A stretch of DNA of 64,000 nucleotides from Octopus vulgaris (taxonomy: Eukaryota). The number at the start of each line of letters is the position of its first letter. Within the stretch, counting starts at the first letter, position 1. Both the position numbers and the translations under genes were made by a program. The stretch is from assembly GCA_951406725.2 (NCBI GenBank), contig OX597823.1, positions 2,046,001 to 2,110,000 on the forward strand. Direction: 5' to 3'. The notes under the pieces are model-generated. The model was not told where the DNA came from. It saw only the letters and a program-made list of their open reading frames with translations, and did no database searches. Of the stretch, positions 13,128 to 27,577 are shown piece after piece.

Positions 13128-13989
13128 AAACTGAGGGAGTGGAACGGGTAAAACGTACGCTACATATGTTTCTTAACTAGCTGAAGCTGATGATGCAATT
13201 GTTCAGAGTTAAGTGTTCATTGTATAACTCCTCCAGCATGAGATTCAGCTTGTTAAGAAACATATGTAGTGTACACTTAACCTGCGCCATTCCTTCCATT
13301 TAGAGTTTTATTCCCATTTTTGGCAGCATTAGTTGCTAACAGTGAACTTTATAGAAATTATCAGCTTATCGAATTTCTTCGCAACTTCGATGTGAGAAAA
13401 AGTGTGTAACTCTCGATGTTAATAAATTGCTATTGTATCTTATCCTATTCTCTCCACTTTTTAATCTCTAAAACCACCCGCTTACTGCTTGAAACTTACA
13501 AACTTCCTACACTCGGATCCCCGGATTACACACACACACACACACGCACATGGAGACTGAGGAACGGAATATCAATGAATTGGCCTCAAATTGGCGAATG
13601 GTATTGATTCGTTTCCTTTTGTGCGGCACTTGCCACAAACGTTAACAGTAATAAACTCTATTGTAAAACCTTGCTCCCTCTCCGATGAAAAACAATTCCA
13701 ACAAGAACTTATGGGTTTGCTCTTTCCACGAAGATTACTTTAAAAAGAAACATATTATTATTTCTACTGTTACTACTACTCCTTCTCCTACTACAGCCAC
13801 TAGTTGTTTACAAACACCTCAACCTACGCAGAAACGGTAAATCGATAAGAAGCAAGACTAAATTGAAGAGGATGGCAGCAAGAGAGAGGGAGAAGAGGAA
13901 AGGAAACTGAAAGGAATCATCCCAATTTGGTTTTCCAATGTTTCTTTACTATTTTTTGTCTGTTGTTTCTAAATTGAAAAGCAGTAATT

Positions 13990-14360
13990 TCATAAAGAAG
14001 TCGGCATATGACCCCACGATGACCTGCCTGTCGTGTCGCGACCAGGAAACGATCCACTCATATCACAAGTCGATTCGTATGATGGTTGTACAGTGTTCAT
14101 AGCCGTGGTTTGCACATTCGGAACGGAAGTAGATGTCGACGGAAGTGTGTAAGGATTAGAGGAAGTTCGCAGGTAAGGCATAGCACAGCTTTGGTTGGAA
14201 GAAATATTGCTCATTGGGCCGCCAACCCACATACTGTACTGTCCTTGTGTGGCGGGAGCATTAGTGGAGAGCATGCTGTGGCCGCTGGTTGGAAGATGTG
14301 GCCAGTTCTCTGGAAGATTCAACATAGGGAGGTTTGATGTGACATCTCTCGAGTAACCGC
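13990..14360 (-). CDS. Bra: Brachyury terminal coding exon (Ser/Pro/Thr-rich C-terminus, stop TGA)
   Basis: Acceptor tttgtctatttag|GC GGT TAC; GYSRDVTSNLPMLNLPENWPHL...GRSSWGHMPTSL*. In frame with exon 6; the W-containing tail fits Brachyury C-termini. Confidence 0.88.
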
Positions 14361-14876
14361 CTAAATAGACAAAAAACAAAAACAAAAGGAAAAGTAAATA
14401 AAATAATAAACCAGCAGCAACAAAAAGGAAATTTAAAAAAATTCTCATGTTAAAATCTGTTATCTTTTATTTGTTTCAGTGATTTGACTGCGGCCATGCT
14501 GGGGCAGCGCCTTGAAGAAATTTTAGCCGGATGTATCGACCCCCGGTACTTATTGTTTTCTTTTATCAAGCCTGATATTTGTAGTATCGGGCCCCTATTA
14601 ACGAACCACTAAGTTACAGGGACGAAAACACACCAACACCGTCGTCAAGCGATGGTGGGGGACAAGCACAAATGCAAAGGCACACTTATACGACAGGATT
14701 CTTTCAGTTCCGTCTAGGAAACCTACTTACAAGGCTTTGCTTGTCCTGGGGCTATAGAAGACATTTGTCCAAGGTGCCACGAAGTGAGACTGAACCCAGA
14801 ACCACATGGTTGGGAAGCAAGCTTTTTGATCCCACAGACACGCCAAGATTTTATTGAAATTGAAATTATTTGTGCT

Positions 14877-14926
<50 letters not shown>

Positions 14927-15047
14927 AGGAGTTATTTGTGTGCGCTTGTTTGCTTGTATGTGTGTATTTGCGCGCGTGCGCGTGAGATTGCATGTATGCT
15001 TCAGTATATACACATACATACATACATACATACATACAGACAGATAG

Positions 15048-15167
<120 letters not shown>

Positions 15168-15218
15168 GTTTGTACGTGCACGTGTGTATATGTGTTTGTG
15201 TGAGAGGGAGAGAAAGCG

Positions 15219-15255
<37 letters not shown>

Positions 15256-15726
15256 AAAGAGAGAGAGAGAGAGAGAGCGACAGACAGACAGACTAAAGGG
15301 GAGATGTGTTTTTTTTTTTGTTTTATGGTGAGATGAAAGCAAAATGGGATCCGGTTAAGTAAAAAGCATCAAAAAGTGTGAATGAAAGAAATGGATGAAC
15401 GGAGAAGGGAGACCTCCCACGCTTCAACGGGGTCGGCCGATTTCTTCAAATATTTTACTGTGGCTCCGCTGCGACACACACACACACACACACCACCACC
15501 ACCACCACCACCACCACCATCACCCAGTCACTAAAAGGTAAGCACGAACATACACACCGAACAAGTTACAGACAGGTAAATGCGTACACACACACACACA
15601 CTCAGTCACACATACACATACACATCAGTCAGTTACAGATAATTATACACAAGTTTACAGGTACAAAGCTACCCTCACAGACACATTTTGTATCAACAGG
15701 TACCCTATATTGATACAGGTATACTT

Positions 15727-15766
<40 letters not shown>

Positions 15767-16059
15767 ACGGACACGCACGCGCGCACACACACACGCTGAC
15801 AGATAAATACCCGTTATGTGTATAGATACAGACTACCTCACATCAATTTACAGAACCAAGCAAAGGTGTTTGAGAAGGAATGTGTGTGCGTGTGGGGGGG
15901 GGGGGGTGCGTCTGTAGCAAGACGTTTGCTTCCCAATCACATGGTTCCGAGTTCAGTCCCACTGCGTGGTACCTTGGGTAAGCTTTTTCTACTATAACCT
16001 CAGGTCAGGCAAAGCCTCGGGAGTGGATTTTGTAGACGGAAACTGAAAGAAGCCCGTCG

Positions 16060-16192
<133 letters not shown>

Positions 16193-16285
16193 GTATATGT
16201 ATATAATTTTGAGGGAATATTATTCCAAACTTACAGGGAAAATTTCAATTTAGAAATACTAAATCAAATTTCACAAAATATAATT

Positions 16286-16568
16286 TATATATAAATTAGA
16301 AAAAAACGACCTTTTATCAATTCAAAATGAAAAATATATTAAATATAGGATTAAAAGTATACCGATGATTAAGTAATTTTTTTTTTTTTTTTTTGTGCAA
16401 AATAATAAATAAAATATTTGTTATTCTACCAAATATATACGTTTTATTTATTATTTTGCACATTACTTAATCATCGGTATATTTAATATTTCTATAATAT
16501 GTAATTTTCTAGATGGGGTAATTTAATTTTTCATTTTGAATTGATAAAAGGTGGATTTTTTTCTAATT

Positions 16569-16578
<10 letters not shown>
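16286..16578. repeat. AT-rich nested foldback element
   Basis: Pairs tataaattagaaaaaa..ccttttatcaattcaaaatgaaaaat, ataccgatgattaagtaat and tgtgcaaaataataaataaaa each have an inverted partner. Confidence 0.88.
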
Positions 16579-16603
<25 letters not shown>

Positions 16604-16689
16604 CGGACCTGAAATACATGCCCTTTCCCTTTGATTTTCTATATCTTTTGTACTGCGTGTAATCATTTATAATTTATTTATAGAACACG

Positions 16690-17039
16690 GAGTAAAGACA
16701 AGAATATGATTTACATTGGTGAGGCATCCAGAAGCATTGCGGAGAGACCAAATGGACATCTGAGACAATATGACGACAAAAAAACCCCCAGTCCTCCATA
16801 CTCTACCAACATGCCAAAGACCAACATGGAAGCACACTGGTTGACTTGCCATTCGCATTTTATCCAAGCACCCAAGGGACCCACCACCCAGACAAATACA
16901 TGAGTACGTCCTCATAAATGAAACATCCCCAGTTCTAAATAGGAGATAGTGATAACCCAATACCCCCACAGTTTATACATACACAGGTAGATTTGTTAGT
17001 AGGGTGTTATGTAGATGGATATATGGAGATATATATATA

Positions 17040-17093
<54 letters not shown>

Positions 17094-18290
17094 AGTAGGT
17101 AAGGGGATATGTGAGTAAACAGCTAAACGAGTAGCTAGATAGGTACATAGGTAATACGGACAGACAAGCACACACACACACATAAACACATACATACACA
17201 AAAGAAGACTGAAACAAATGACCATATACACACACAAGGAGACAGAGGTACACGCACACATACACATGCATACGCATAAAAACACAAACATGAAAACGCA
17301 GACAGGAAAATACATCAGTATGCAGAATACATACATTCAAACGTACACACACGCACACACACATATATATATATGCATACACACACATACATACATACAT
17401 ACATACATACATACATACATACATACATACATACATACATACATACATAAATACATACATACACACATACATACATACATACATACACACATACATACAT
17501 ACATACATACATACATACACACATACATACATACATACACACATACATACATACATACATACATACATACATACATACATACACACATACATACATACAT
17601 ACATACATACATACATACATACACACATACATACATACATACATACATACATACATAAATACACACATACATGCATACATACATACATACATACACACAT
17701 ACATACACACATACATACACACATACATACATACATACATACATACACACATACATACATACATACATACATACATACATACATACATACACACATACAC
17801 ACATACATACATACATACATACATACATACATACATACATACATACATACATACATACACACATACATACATACATACATACATACACACATACATACAT
17901 ACACATACATACATACATACATACATACATACATACATACATACATACATACATACATACATACATACATACATACATACATACATACATACATACATAC
18001 ATACATACATACATACATACATACATACATACATACATTCATACATACATTCATACATTCATACATACATACACACATACATACATACATACATACATAC
18101 ATACATACATACATACATACATTCATACATACATTCATACATTCATACATACATACACACATACATACATACATACATAGATACATACATACATACACAC
18201 AAACACACAACATGAACGCAGTTTCGATAACGGACAGGGTAAAATACTATTGAAGAGGTTGCAAGAAGCAACGAAAAGTTTAGAAGAAAT
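16690..18290 (+). mobile_element. Truncated copy of the 39-40 kb Penelope-like family
   Basis: MIYIGEASRSIAERPNGHLRQYDDKK. Downstream sequence is colinear with 39300-39880 (reverse) and ends in a decayed hammerhead at about 18250. Confidence 0.82.
17385..18200. repeat. (TACA)n/(CA)n microsatellite within a Penelope-like 3' region
   Basis: Direct inspection. Confidence 0.97.
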
Positions 18291-18313
18291 ATATATATAT
18301 ATATATATATATA

Positions 18314-18700
18314 CTAGCAGTATCGCCCGGCGTTGCTCGGGTTTGTAAGGGAAATAACTATATAAGCATTTTTAGAGAGTTACTTCCCTTATATAATAGC
18401 AAAAAATGCATTAAAAATGGGAAAAAAATTATGGTAAATTTTTTTTTAAATCGTTGACTCATCGTAGACATTTTTAGAGAGTTACTTCCCTTATATAATA
18501 GCGAAAAAATGCATTAAAATGGAAAAAATGATGGTAAATTTTTTTTAAATCGTAGACGCGCGCTAATACCCAGAAGGGCTCGATATGAATCACGACTATA
18601 AGACACCCGGTTTTGGTTAAACTGCTCCGCAAAATGTGGGAGTAGTTAGGAATCTAAATTGAAGGAGACAGACACACAACTTCACTTTTATATATAAAGA
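18314..18700 (-). mobile_element. Non-autonomous Helitron
   Basis: On minus: A|TC 5' end, subterminal hairpin cccgagcaacgccggg, then CTAG|T 3' end. Internal tandem duplication of about 100 nt. Confidence 0.75.
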
Positions 18701-19460
18701 TATTTCTCTTTTATTTCTCTTTTACTTGTTTCAGTCATTTGACTGCGGCCATGCTGGAGCACTACCTTTAGTCGAGGAAATCGACCGCAGGACTTATTCT
18801 TTGGAAGCCTAGTACTTATTTTATCGGTCTCTTTTGACGATCCGCTAAGTTACAGGGACGTAAAAACTCTAGCATCGGTTGTCAAGCGATGTCCGGCGGG
18901 GGTGGGGGATGCAAACAAGGACAGACGAGGGGATTAAGTCGATTATATCGACCCCAGAGAAAGGCAAAGTCGACCTTGGCGGAATTTGAACTCAGAACGT
19001 AACGGCAGACGAAATACCGCTAGGCATTTCGCCCGGCGTGCTACCGTTTCTGCCAGTTCACCGCCTTATATAGGCGCAGGAATGGTTGTGTGGTAAGTAG
19101 CTTGCTTTCCAACTACATAGTTCCGGGTTCAGTCCTACTGCGTGACAACTTGGGCAAGTGTCTTCTACTATAGCCTCAAGCCGACCAAAGCCATGTGAGT
19201 AGATTTGGGAGACGGAAACTGAAAGAAGCCCGTCGCATGTGTGTGTGTGTGTGTGTGTTTATGTGTGGGTGTGTATGTGTGTGTATGTGTGTGTGTGTGT
19301 GTGTGTTTGTACCCCCAACATCGCTTGACAACTGGTTCGCCAAAAAAAGACCGATTGAATAAATACTAGGCTTACAAAGAATAAATCCTGGGGCCGATTT
19401 GCTCGACCAAAGGCGGTGCTCCAGCATGGCCGCAGTCAAATGACTGAAACAAATAAAAGA

Positions 19461-19539
<79 letters not shown>

Positions 19540-19648
19540 AACGCACGTACGCATCCACATATATAGATATACATATAAACATACAGAAGAAAAGGTAGAC
19601 ACGGAAACAGAGGGAGAGAGAGAGAGAGAGAACGAAAGAAGTTATTAC

Positions 19649-19819
19649 CTGGGGGCGGTGTCCGTCCTTGGTAAGGGTGAGTGTAGGGAGCTGGGCGAGT
19701 GTTTCGGAAGCTGAGGCGATCACAGTGTGGGTTGGATAGGTTTAAAGCGTTTGCAAACTGGTGAGCCGGCGGTGGAACTAAAGTGGCGCCGCCTGCTGGA
19801 AGAAACCACGCCCCTGATA
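19649..19819 (-). CDS. Bra: Brachyury coding exon 6
   Basis: (L)SGAWFLPAGGATLVPPPAHQFANALNLSNPHCDRLSFRNTRPAPYTHPYQGRTPPP(G). Resembles the Brachyury W.LP...CDR...R..PY..PY region. Acceptor cttttacag| and donor G|gtaata; 171 nt. Confidence 0.93.
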
Positions 19820-20763
19820 CTGTAAAAGAAAACAATCATCATCATCATCATCAACACCATCATCATCAACACCATCATCATCCTCATCCTCATCATCATC
19901 ATCATCAACACCATCATCATCATCATCATCATCATCATCTTTTGTACAAAACACTGATCTTTATGGTTTTCCTCACTCTTTACAATTATCTTTAAATAAA
20001 TCTCTTTGAATGTTTCCTGAAGATTTAACTTTTGACGCTGAATCCGATTTTGTTATTCATTTATTCAAAAAAAAATTTGCAAAAATGTTACAAGTGTTAA
20101 AAGTTTGATAATTTTCTGAACTTTCAGCCAATCAGAAAACAGCACGTTCGCTGCCTCTTCGATCATCAGAAGCGAGGGAGGGGGGGCATCGGCATGTCAA
20201 AACATTAAACTAGAATTTTAGAAAATAGATTATCTTTCTCGTATTTCCTTCATCTCCTTGTGCTCACACGCAGCATCTTTGGTTACTATGGAAACAGTTC
20301 TTTGCAATCAGCTATGCAACGCGTGGTGTTTTACTTACTTTGGTTACTATGGAAATAGAAATTTTCGCCACGGTGATTTGTAAAATACCCAACTTTTGAA
20401 AATTTTAAAGGCTAAAAACTTTTTAATTATGGATTTATAGGGAAAATGAATTTCATTTTTATAATTAGTAGACAAAAGTTAATCCATAAATTAAGTTTGA
20501 AGACAATTGGAAGAAAACTGTAAAGAAGGACGAAAAGCTCAAAGGTCCTGAAACACACAAAGCTGACATTCACTCCTCAATCATCTTCTGTGCGTGAGTG
20601 TGTGTGTGAGTGTGCGTGCGTGTATGTGAGAGTGTGTGTGCGTGTGCGTGCGTGTGAGAGTGTGTGTGCGTGTATATGTGTGAGTGTGCGTGCGTGTGTG
20701 TGAATGTGTGTGTGCTTCTGTGTGTGTGTGCCTTTGTGTGTGTGGGTGCCTCTGTGTGTGTGT

Positions 20764-20797
<34 letters not shown>

Positions 20798-22070
20798 GAG
20801 AGTGAGAGAGAGAGAGAGTGAGAGAGAAAGAGCCAGTATTAATTTCACACCCAGAAATGGGAGGAAAGGAAAGGAAATGTTTTAACGTTTCGAATGAACA
20901 CATTTCTTCAGAAAGATAGGATAGAGAGAAAAGAAGAAGGAAAACTGGAGAAGCGCTCGTCTATCCAACCGTCATGGCATCAAACGCACGCGCGCGTGTA
21001 CACATGAGTGCGTGTGTGTGTGAGTTTGTGTGTGTGTGAGTTTGTGTGTTAATGTGTGTGGGTGTTGTGACAAAATACACGAAATAATTCTGGAAAACGG
21101 TGACATAAAGAAACGCAAAAAAATTATACAGAAAAAGAGAAGGGAAAGAGGAAAGCATAAAATAGACAGATGCAAATTCGTTCATCACTTGGTCGACATC
21201 ATTACAATATGGACACCTTCCGACAATCGGGGTTAATTTGGTGAATTGAATACGTTTATGGCCGTTTGTTTTGTGTTTTCGATTCGACTACAAATCTATT
21301 TCGTCCCTTTCAACCGCATTTTTAATATACATTCATACAAACATGCCTACATGCGTGCGTGTGAGTGTGTGTGTGTACATTGAGATGTGTGTGTACATTG
21401 AGATGTGTGTGTATGCATAAATTGTTCCTCGCATTCCGATTCAACCTGCTTCGGCCTCCGTTTTTTTTCCTGTCGTCTCTCTGTGTTACCAGCCTCTTCA
21501 TCCGTCCAATCAATCACCCATCCACCAATCCCCCCCGATCTATTTTCCCTTTCTCTTTCTTTTATCTCCCCCATTCTCTTCACATTCTTCACAAGACGGT
21601 CGCGAAAGCCAACTGTTATTTATCTCAAATGAATTTTGCTTTTACTATGTACACCAAAGGCGTTGATAGTAAAAACTGACTTCACCAAACCCGGCAAATT
21701 CCAATTGATGTATGTGACTCAGTGCGGTTCGACATTAAAAAAAATTACTTCATCGTTGTCGGCTAAAATTGAGGACATAAAACTTTAAGTGTTAAAAAGG
21801 AAAAATAATAAAACGCATTTAATAATAATAATAATAATAATAAACAACAACAATAGCAACAACAACAACAAAGGAAGGGAACGAAACAGGATTCTTTCTT
21901 TTGTCTTGCAAAAGATAAAATAGAAATCGATTGAACAGACGATAGGGGTATATGTGGCGCCATCACGTAGCAGGACTATAAACTACTCTTTAGTTCGGAT
22001 CAGATATACTTAAACGTGTGTGTGTCGGAAAGAATACATTACGTATATGTATGAATGTATGAGTCTGTGC

Positions 22071-22164
<94 letters not shown>

Positions 22165-22171
22165 ATATATA

Positions 22172-22231
<60 letters not shown>

Positions 22232-22480
22232 GGGGGGGGGTAAGAGTTATGTGCATATCTCTGTTGGGGGAGATGACAAAAAAGAAGAGAAGGGGAAGTA
22301 GCAGGCAAGAATAATAGAAAGATGGGGAAGAAAGGGAGGGGAGAAGTGTGAGAGAGAGAAAGAGAAGGAAGGAGGGATAAGGGAGAAGAGACAGGGGTGC
22401 AAGAGAGAAAGAAAGAGAGAGAGGTAGAGATACAATCGGAAGTATTCTGTGTGTGTGTGTGCGTGCGTGTGTGCGCGCGC

Positions 22481-22522
<42 letters not shown>

Positions 22523-22977
22523 TATGAGATTATCACATGAGAGACGAGAGCAGTGAGCACTTTGTTGATAGAGGTTAGAGTGAGGGGGTAACATAAAAGA
22601 ATGGACAGTTTGTACAATAAAGCGTTCGGTGAAATTGCGTCTTAGTTTCGTAATTCACTCATCAGAGGCTGTTTTTGCACCTGACGAGGGAATTACGAAA
22701 TTATGACGAAAGAAAGAGAACGTGGGAGACCAATGGACAGATTGAAAGAAAGGCAGCTGGATTGAGAAAGTGGGAAAGAAGGGATTAGTTAGAAATCTAG
22801 CCACTGCGCATTCTTTATTTTCTCTCCTTGTTTGTTTGTGTGTTCCTTTCTGTGGAAGAGCGTAGGATCGAAACGTTAAAGACGTTTTCAGTTCCCGAGC
22901 GTTAAACTAATACATCCGTTTGTTGTCTATACCACCTGTCTTCGTCTTTTGTTTTTTGTGAATTCTCCCCCCCCCCC

Positions 22978-23043
<66 letters not shown>

Positions 23044-23320
23044 AAAAAAAGAAAGTGAACGAGAGCGAAGAAAATGTAAAGGAAGTTTTAAGAGATAAAA
23101 GCTTCCGTTCGTTCAACGCCAAATATTTGTGTGGGGTGGGTAGAGAGTTTATAGCCATCACCAATTTATAGATGTAAAATCAATCCCCATTAATACACTC
23201 GGTATTGATTTCATTCACTTCAGGAGAAATGAAAGACAAAATGGAAACCAGGATTGAAGAATATTTAAGGATTACAAAAATTTCCATTGAAATTAAAAAC
23301 ATTTCTTTCATTGAACTTAC

Positions 23321-23382
23321 GGTGAGAAAGACTTCGCTGTTGGCTTTCGTTTGGGTCTTCAATAATATCTCGCTGTTCCGGC
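23321..23382 (-). CDS. Bra: Brachyury coding exon 5
   Basis: gtttacag|G CCG GAA CAG CGA GAT ATT ATT GAA GAC CCA AAC GAA AGC CAA CAG CGA AGT CTT TCT CAC C|gtaagt = (R)PEQRDIIEDPNESQQRSLSH(L). 62 nt; phase 2 to 1 joins exons 4 and 6 in frame. Confidence 0.92.
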
Positions 23383-23509
23383 CTGTAAACGGGAAAATAT
23401 ACAATGGAAAATATACAATAGATGCCTATATACATACATGCATAGACAAAGTTGGTTATATTAACATTGATGAGACAAAAAAATATTGGTGAAACTTAAA
23501 AATTAAAAC

Positions 23510-23870
23510 AGTCACCAAGTTAAAACACACCCAGCCAGATATTTGTGTGTGGGACCACAAGGTAAAGATATGTTCTGTTGCGGAAATCAGCTGCCCTCTG
23601 GACACCAAAGTGGTTAGGAAAATACAAGTGAAAGAGGACATTTATGGATCATTGATAAAGAATTTGCAAACTCAGTACCCAAGATACACTTTCAGCTTCA
23701 TATTATTATTATTGGAGCAACATGATACGTACCAACCTGTCTAGAGCAAAGTATGGTTGAAGTCGGGTTTGTAGGGGAGAGAACGCAAATCCTTAATTCA
23801 CACGCTACAAATGATCACTACATTCGAGACTAGAAAAAAACTGCAAGACCTTCAGATTTAAAGGAAGATG
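23510..23870 (+). mobile_element. RLE-clade LINE 3' fragment
   Basis: KHTQPDICVWDHKVKICSVAEISCPLDTKVVRKIQVKEDIYG, homologous to 26018-26308. Confidence 0.75.
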
Positions 23871-24049
23871 AAGAAAACAAGATGCTTTCCTTCACAACCT
23901 TCCTACCAAGGAGGTGGACGGTCGAAATTTATTCTAGATTATAAAGAGAAAGAGAAAAACATACATACATACATACATACATACATACATACATACATAC
24001 ATACATACATACACACATACTCCAGAAACTCTTGGATGGGAAAGCACCT

Positions 24050-26490
24050 GGAAGAGACTTAGTTGTTGGATACTGGAATAAGAGCTAACCTCCTACTGAT
24101 CACGTCTTATCAAGCTTTACCAGCTCTCAAAGGGAACACTCGTATACCAGACTGGTTAGCTCTGGTAGAGACAAAATTATGCCTCTAATGCAGAACCACT
24201 CACACGGAAAAAAAACTACCGCCAATTGCATGCCAGAACTTAATGTATAAGATACATACAGCATGTTTAAACCTCTTCCTCCAAGACCATTGTGAAACCA
24301 ATAACATCATCACAGCAGGACAAGCAGCTGGGAAGAAGGGAGTCTGGGGATGTGCCGAACAATTGTAAATAAACCAGGCTGTAATGTTAGAGGTGCCGGA
24401 GCATAGAAGGAACCTAGTTTCAATATGGATGGACAACAAGGAAGCCTTTGGCTCTCACCCCAACTCACGGATGCTAGAGGTGCCTCGACTTGCTAAAGTT
24501 CCAGTGTGCATAGTCAAAGCCATAGCTGACCTCACTTCACCGTGGGCCACCATCATGAGGTTAAATACAAGGGTAACTGTATTATCACTAATGGAATACA
24601 GTATCGCAAGGCATATTCCAAAAGGACAGCCTCTCTGTGATGTTGTTTATACTTTCTGTAAACCCCTTGTCGTTCATGTTAAGGAAGTCTGAAGGATGTC
24701 TCACTGGTTTACAAGGAAACAAAAATACCAAAATGACACACTGTTTCTTTGTGGGTGACTTAAAACTTTATGCAAAGAATATGCATGAGATAGGAAAATT
24801 CTTGACTTGGTTACAACATTCTCAAAGGATGAAGGGTTGGAGTTTGGTCAGGGTACATGTGGTTATATGGTTGTGAAAAGGGGGAAAACTGTAAACCAGA
24901 CTAGCAACATCTCCATCAATGACTTAACTGTTTCCCCTATATCTGACAACGAATGTTACAGGTATCTGGGGGTGGATGAAAACATATCTTACAATGGCAC
25001 CTGTAACAAAATACGTGTCACTGATGAGTATTACAACAGAATAAAGAAAATTTCGACCTCAGAACTCTCTGCATTCAATAAAACAGTAGCCCACAGTGTG
25101 CATACTGTGCCAGTACATTTGGTCTACTTGATTGGACACCTGATGAAATCCGAGCCGTTAATGTGAAAACCCGGAAAATACTAACAAGCACGCATAATTT
25201 CCACATAAACAGTGACGTAGACCGCCTCTACCTAAAACGAAAGCAACGTGACAGAGGCTTAAAATCGAACCAAACTGCTTTGAATGTCATATCATATCCC
25301 TTCGGATATGGTACATCTTTTAACCACCAAGTGTTGAAGTGCATCCCTTGACCAAGTTTTGCATACATGAAGCTGATAACATCATAAGAATTGAAAGGCA
25401 GTTCCTTGAGCAGAATTCCTTGTCTGATAACCTTAAATACATCCCCAAAGAAGTTACACGACTCTACCACAAGGTAACATCAGATGAAAGGATGAGTCTA
25501 TATGAGCAGGAGACCATGCATGGATATGTTAGTAAAAAAGCTTCGAGATGATAGTAACATTGATCAGCAAAGCGGTATATTACGGACCAATAATGGGATA
25601 ACTAACTTCGACTTTGAAGGGTATGTGTTTGCAATCCAGGAACAGGAAATATCAACCAAGTACCTGATGCATAAAATGTATAGAGACGCAGGAAAAGCAG
25701 CAAAATGTGATAACCGATGCAGACTTTGTGTAGTTAAGACCGAAGATATCACCCACATCATAAGCAGTTGTTCGAAAGTGTCATCATAGTTGTATCTACC
25801 GATGAGACGTGACGTTGTAGCTGGGGCACTATATGATGAAATCCGTCGGAAAGATAACCCCGAGGACAAAGAAATAACAACCCACAGTATTATAGAAGCC
25901 ATAGCCACTCATAATAAAAAAAGGAGTTCTGGCGGAATGTACCAGTGAAGACCTCAATAAAATGTAAACACAATAGACCTGATATAATGATTTGGGATAG
26001 AGAAACTGTGTACAGTTGTGGAAATTAGCTGCCCGGTGGATGTTGATATAAAGCTGAAGATCAGTGAAAAAGAGAACACCTATGCTGAACTATTGAGAAA
26101 TCTGCAGTTACTCTATCCAGATTACAACTTCAGGTTTATACCTGTAATTATTGGGTCACTGGGATATGTAACACGTTGCCTAAATACCAATCTTGAGAAA
26201 TTAGGCTTCTCAGAACCAGAAAGGAGAAAACTGATTCGAAGACGACAGATCCAATTCATCACTGGGACTGTAAAAATCTGTAAAACTTTCCAGAAGTTTA
26301 TCATTTAAATATATATGAGCCTGTCTAGATATGTAATTATATGCATGAGAAGACATACATACATACAAACAAACAAATAAACAAATATATTCTGTTGTTG
26401 ATCTTGAAATTCCAATGAAGGAGTCTTGGATCAAGGTTAGAAACCGGCTCTTTCTCTATTGGCAAGAAATCTCGAAATAAAACTGAATAA
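24050..26490 (+). mobile_element. Decayed RLE-clade (R4/Dong-like) non-LTR retrotransposon, 5' truncated
   Basis: RT remnants (THCFFVGDLKLYA, YRYLG, VDRLYLKR), zinc knuckle CRLC..EDITHIISSC, and endonuclease NRPDI..VEISCP...K..Y..PVIIGSLG. Many frameshifts; flanked by (TACA)n. Confidence 0.9.
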
Positions 26491-26985
26491 AGACATATAT
26501 ACATACAAACGTACGTACGTACGTACGTACATGCATTCATACAAACGTACGTACATACATACATACATACATACATACATACATACATACAAACGTACGT
26601 ACACGTGTGTATGTATGTATGTATGTATGTATGTATGTTTGCATAAATCCGGTATACGCAACTGAAATCAAAATAGCCATCTATGTATCACATTTAAAGT
26701 ATGTACACAGTTGATAGGCCAATCACTGCAGTATTTTTCCTGAGATAACACCTCTTACAGATGTGCTGTGCTAAAAACAATATATATGAGAAAGAGGGGA
26801 AAATTTATCCCAACAAAATCCAGCGGGAACTCCCCGGATCCATTTCAACGTTTTGGGTCTTTTCAATGACGCGTACTCGTAGCCAGTCACATGCTCCGAC
26901 GAGCATTCACCGTGTCTGAGAGACGTAAAACAGATTAAAACATTTACCGATGTTGCCAATTGTGAGATTTAATTCTGTGACTTAC

Positions 26986-27047
26986 CTTTCTTTTGCATCT
27001 AAGAAGGCTTTGGCGAAGGGATTGTGTTTAATTTTCAGTGATGTGAT
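26986..27047 (-). CDS. Bra: Brachyury coding exon 4 (end of T-box)
   Basis: ITSLKIKHNPFAKAFLDAKE(R). Acceptor gtctttcag|ATC and donor AG|gtaagt; 62 nt. Not in the ORF track. Confidence 0.96.
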
Positions 27048-27157
27048 CTGAAAGACACCGAAATACAGACTTATGAAACCATACCCTTAATCCATAAACT
27101 AATCAAAGGTGATTAAAATCAGGGATTGATTGGTTTGTAAATATGGAAACAGCCCAC

Positions 27158-27232
27158 GGGCAAATGGCGTAGTGGTTAAGAGCGCGGGCTACTAACCCCA
27201 AGATTCCGAGTTCGATTCCAGGCAGTGACCTG
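27158..27232 (+). mobile_element. tRNA-derived SINE head (Pol III boxes A and B)
   Basis: Box A tggcgtagtgg (27165-27175) and box B gagttcgattcc (27208-27219). The acceptor stem does not pair well, so this is not a functional tRNA. Confidence 0.7.
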
Positions 27233-27331
27233 AACAACAACAACAACAACAACAATAATAATAACAACAACAACAACAACAACAACAACAATAATAATAA
27301 TAATAATGATGATGATAATAATAATAATGAA

Positions 27332-27426
<95 letters not shown>

Positions 27427-27577
27427 TGGCATGCTCTGCTCGCTCACTCAATAATAATAATAATAATAACGATAATGATAATTTTCAACTAGCAATAACC
27501 ACGCCTCGGATAACCCTCGGATAATAACATCGAAAAATACCTTAGGAATGAGAACCCAGTGTTCGAAATTTCCCCAA

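Noticed and set aside
20841-20852. AATTTCACACCC, near match to a Brachyury half-site
   Set aside because: A single imperfect half-site next to microsatellites; expected by chance in 64 kb.
26410-26465. Hammerhead-like look of the RLE LINE 3' UTR (ccaatgaagg...gaaaccggct; also at 53830)
   Set aside because: The CUGA core is absent in both copies and there is no stem I.
27158-27232. Possible tRNA gene
   Set aside because: A and B boxes are present but the acceptor stem pairs poorly and there is no T-run terminator; it reads as a SINE head.
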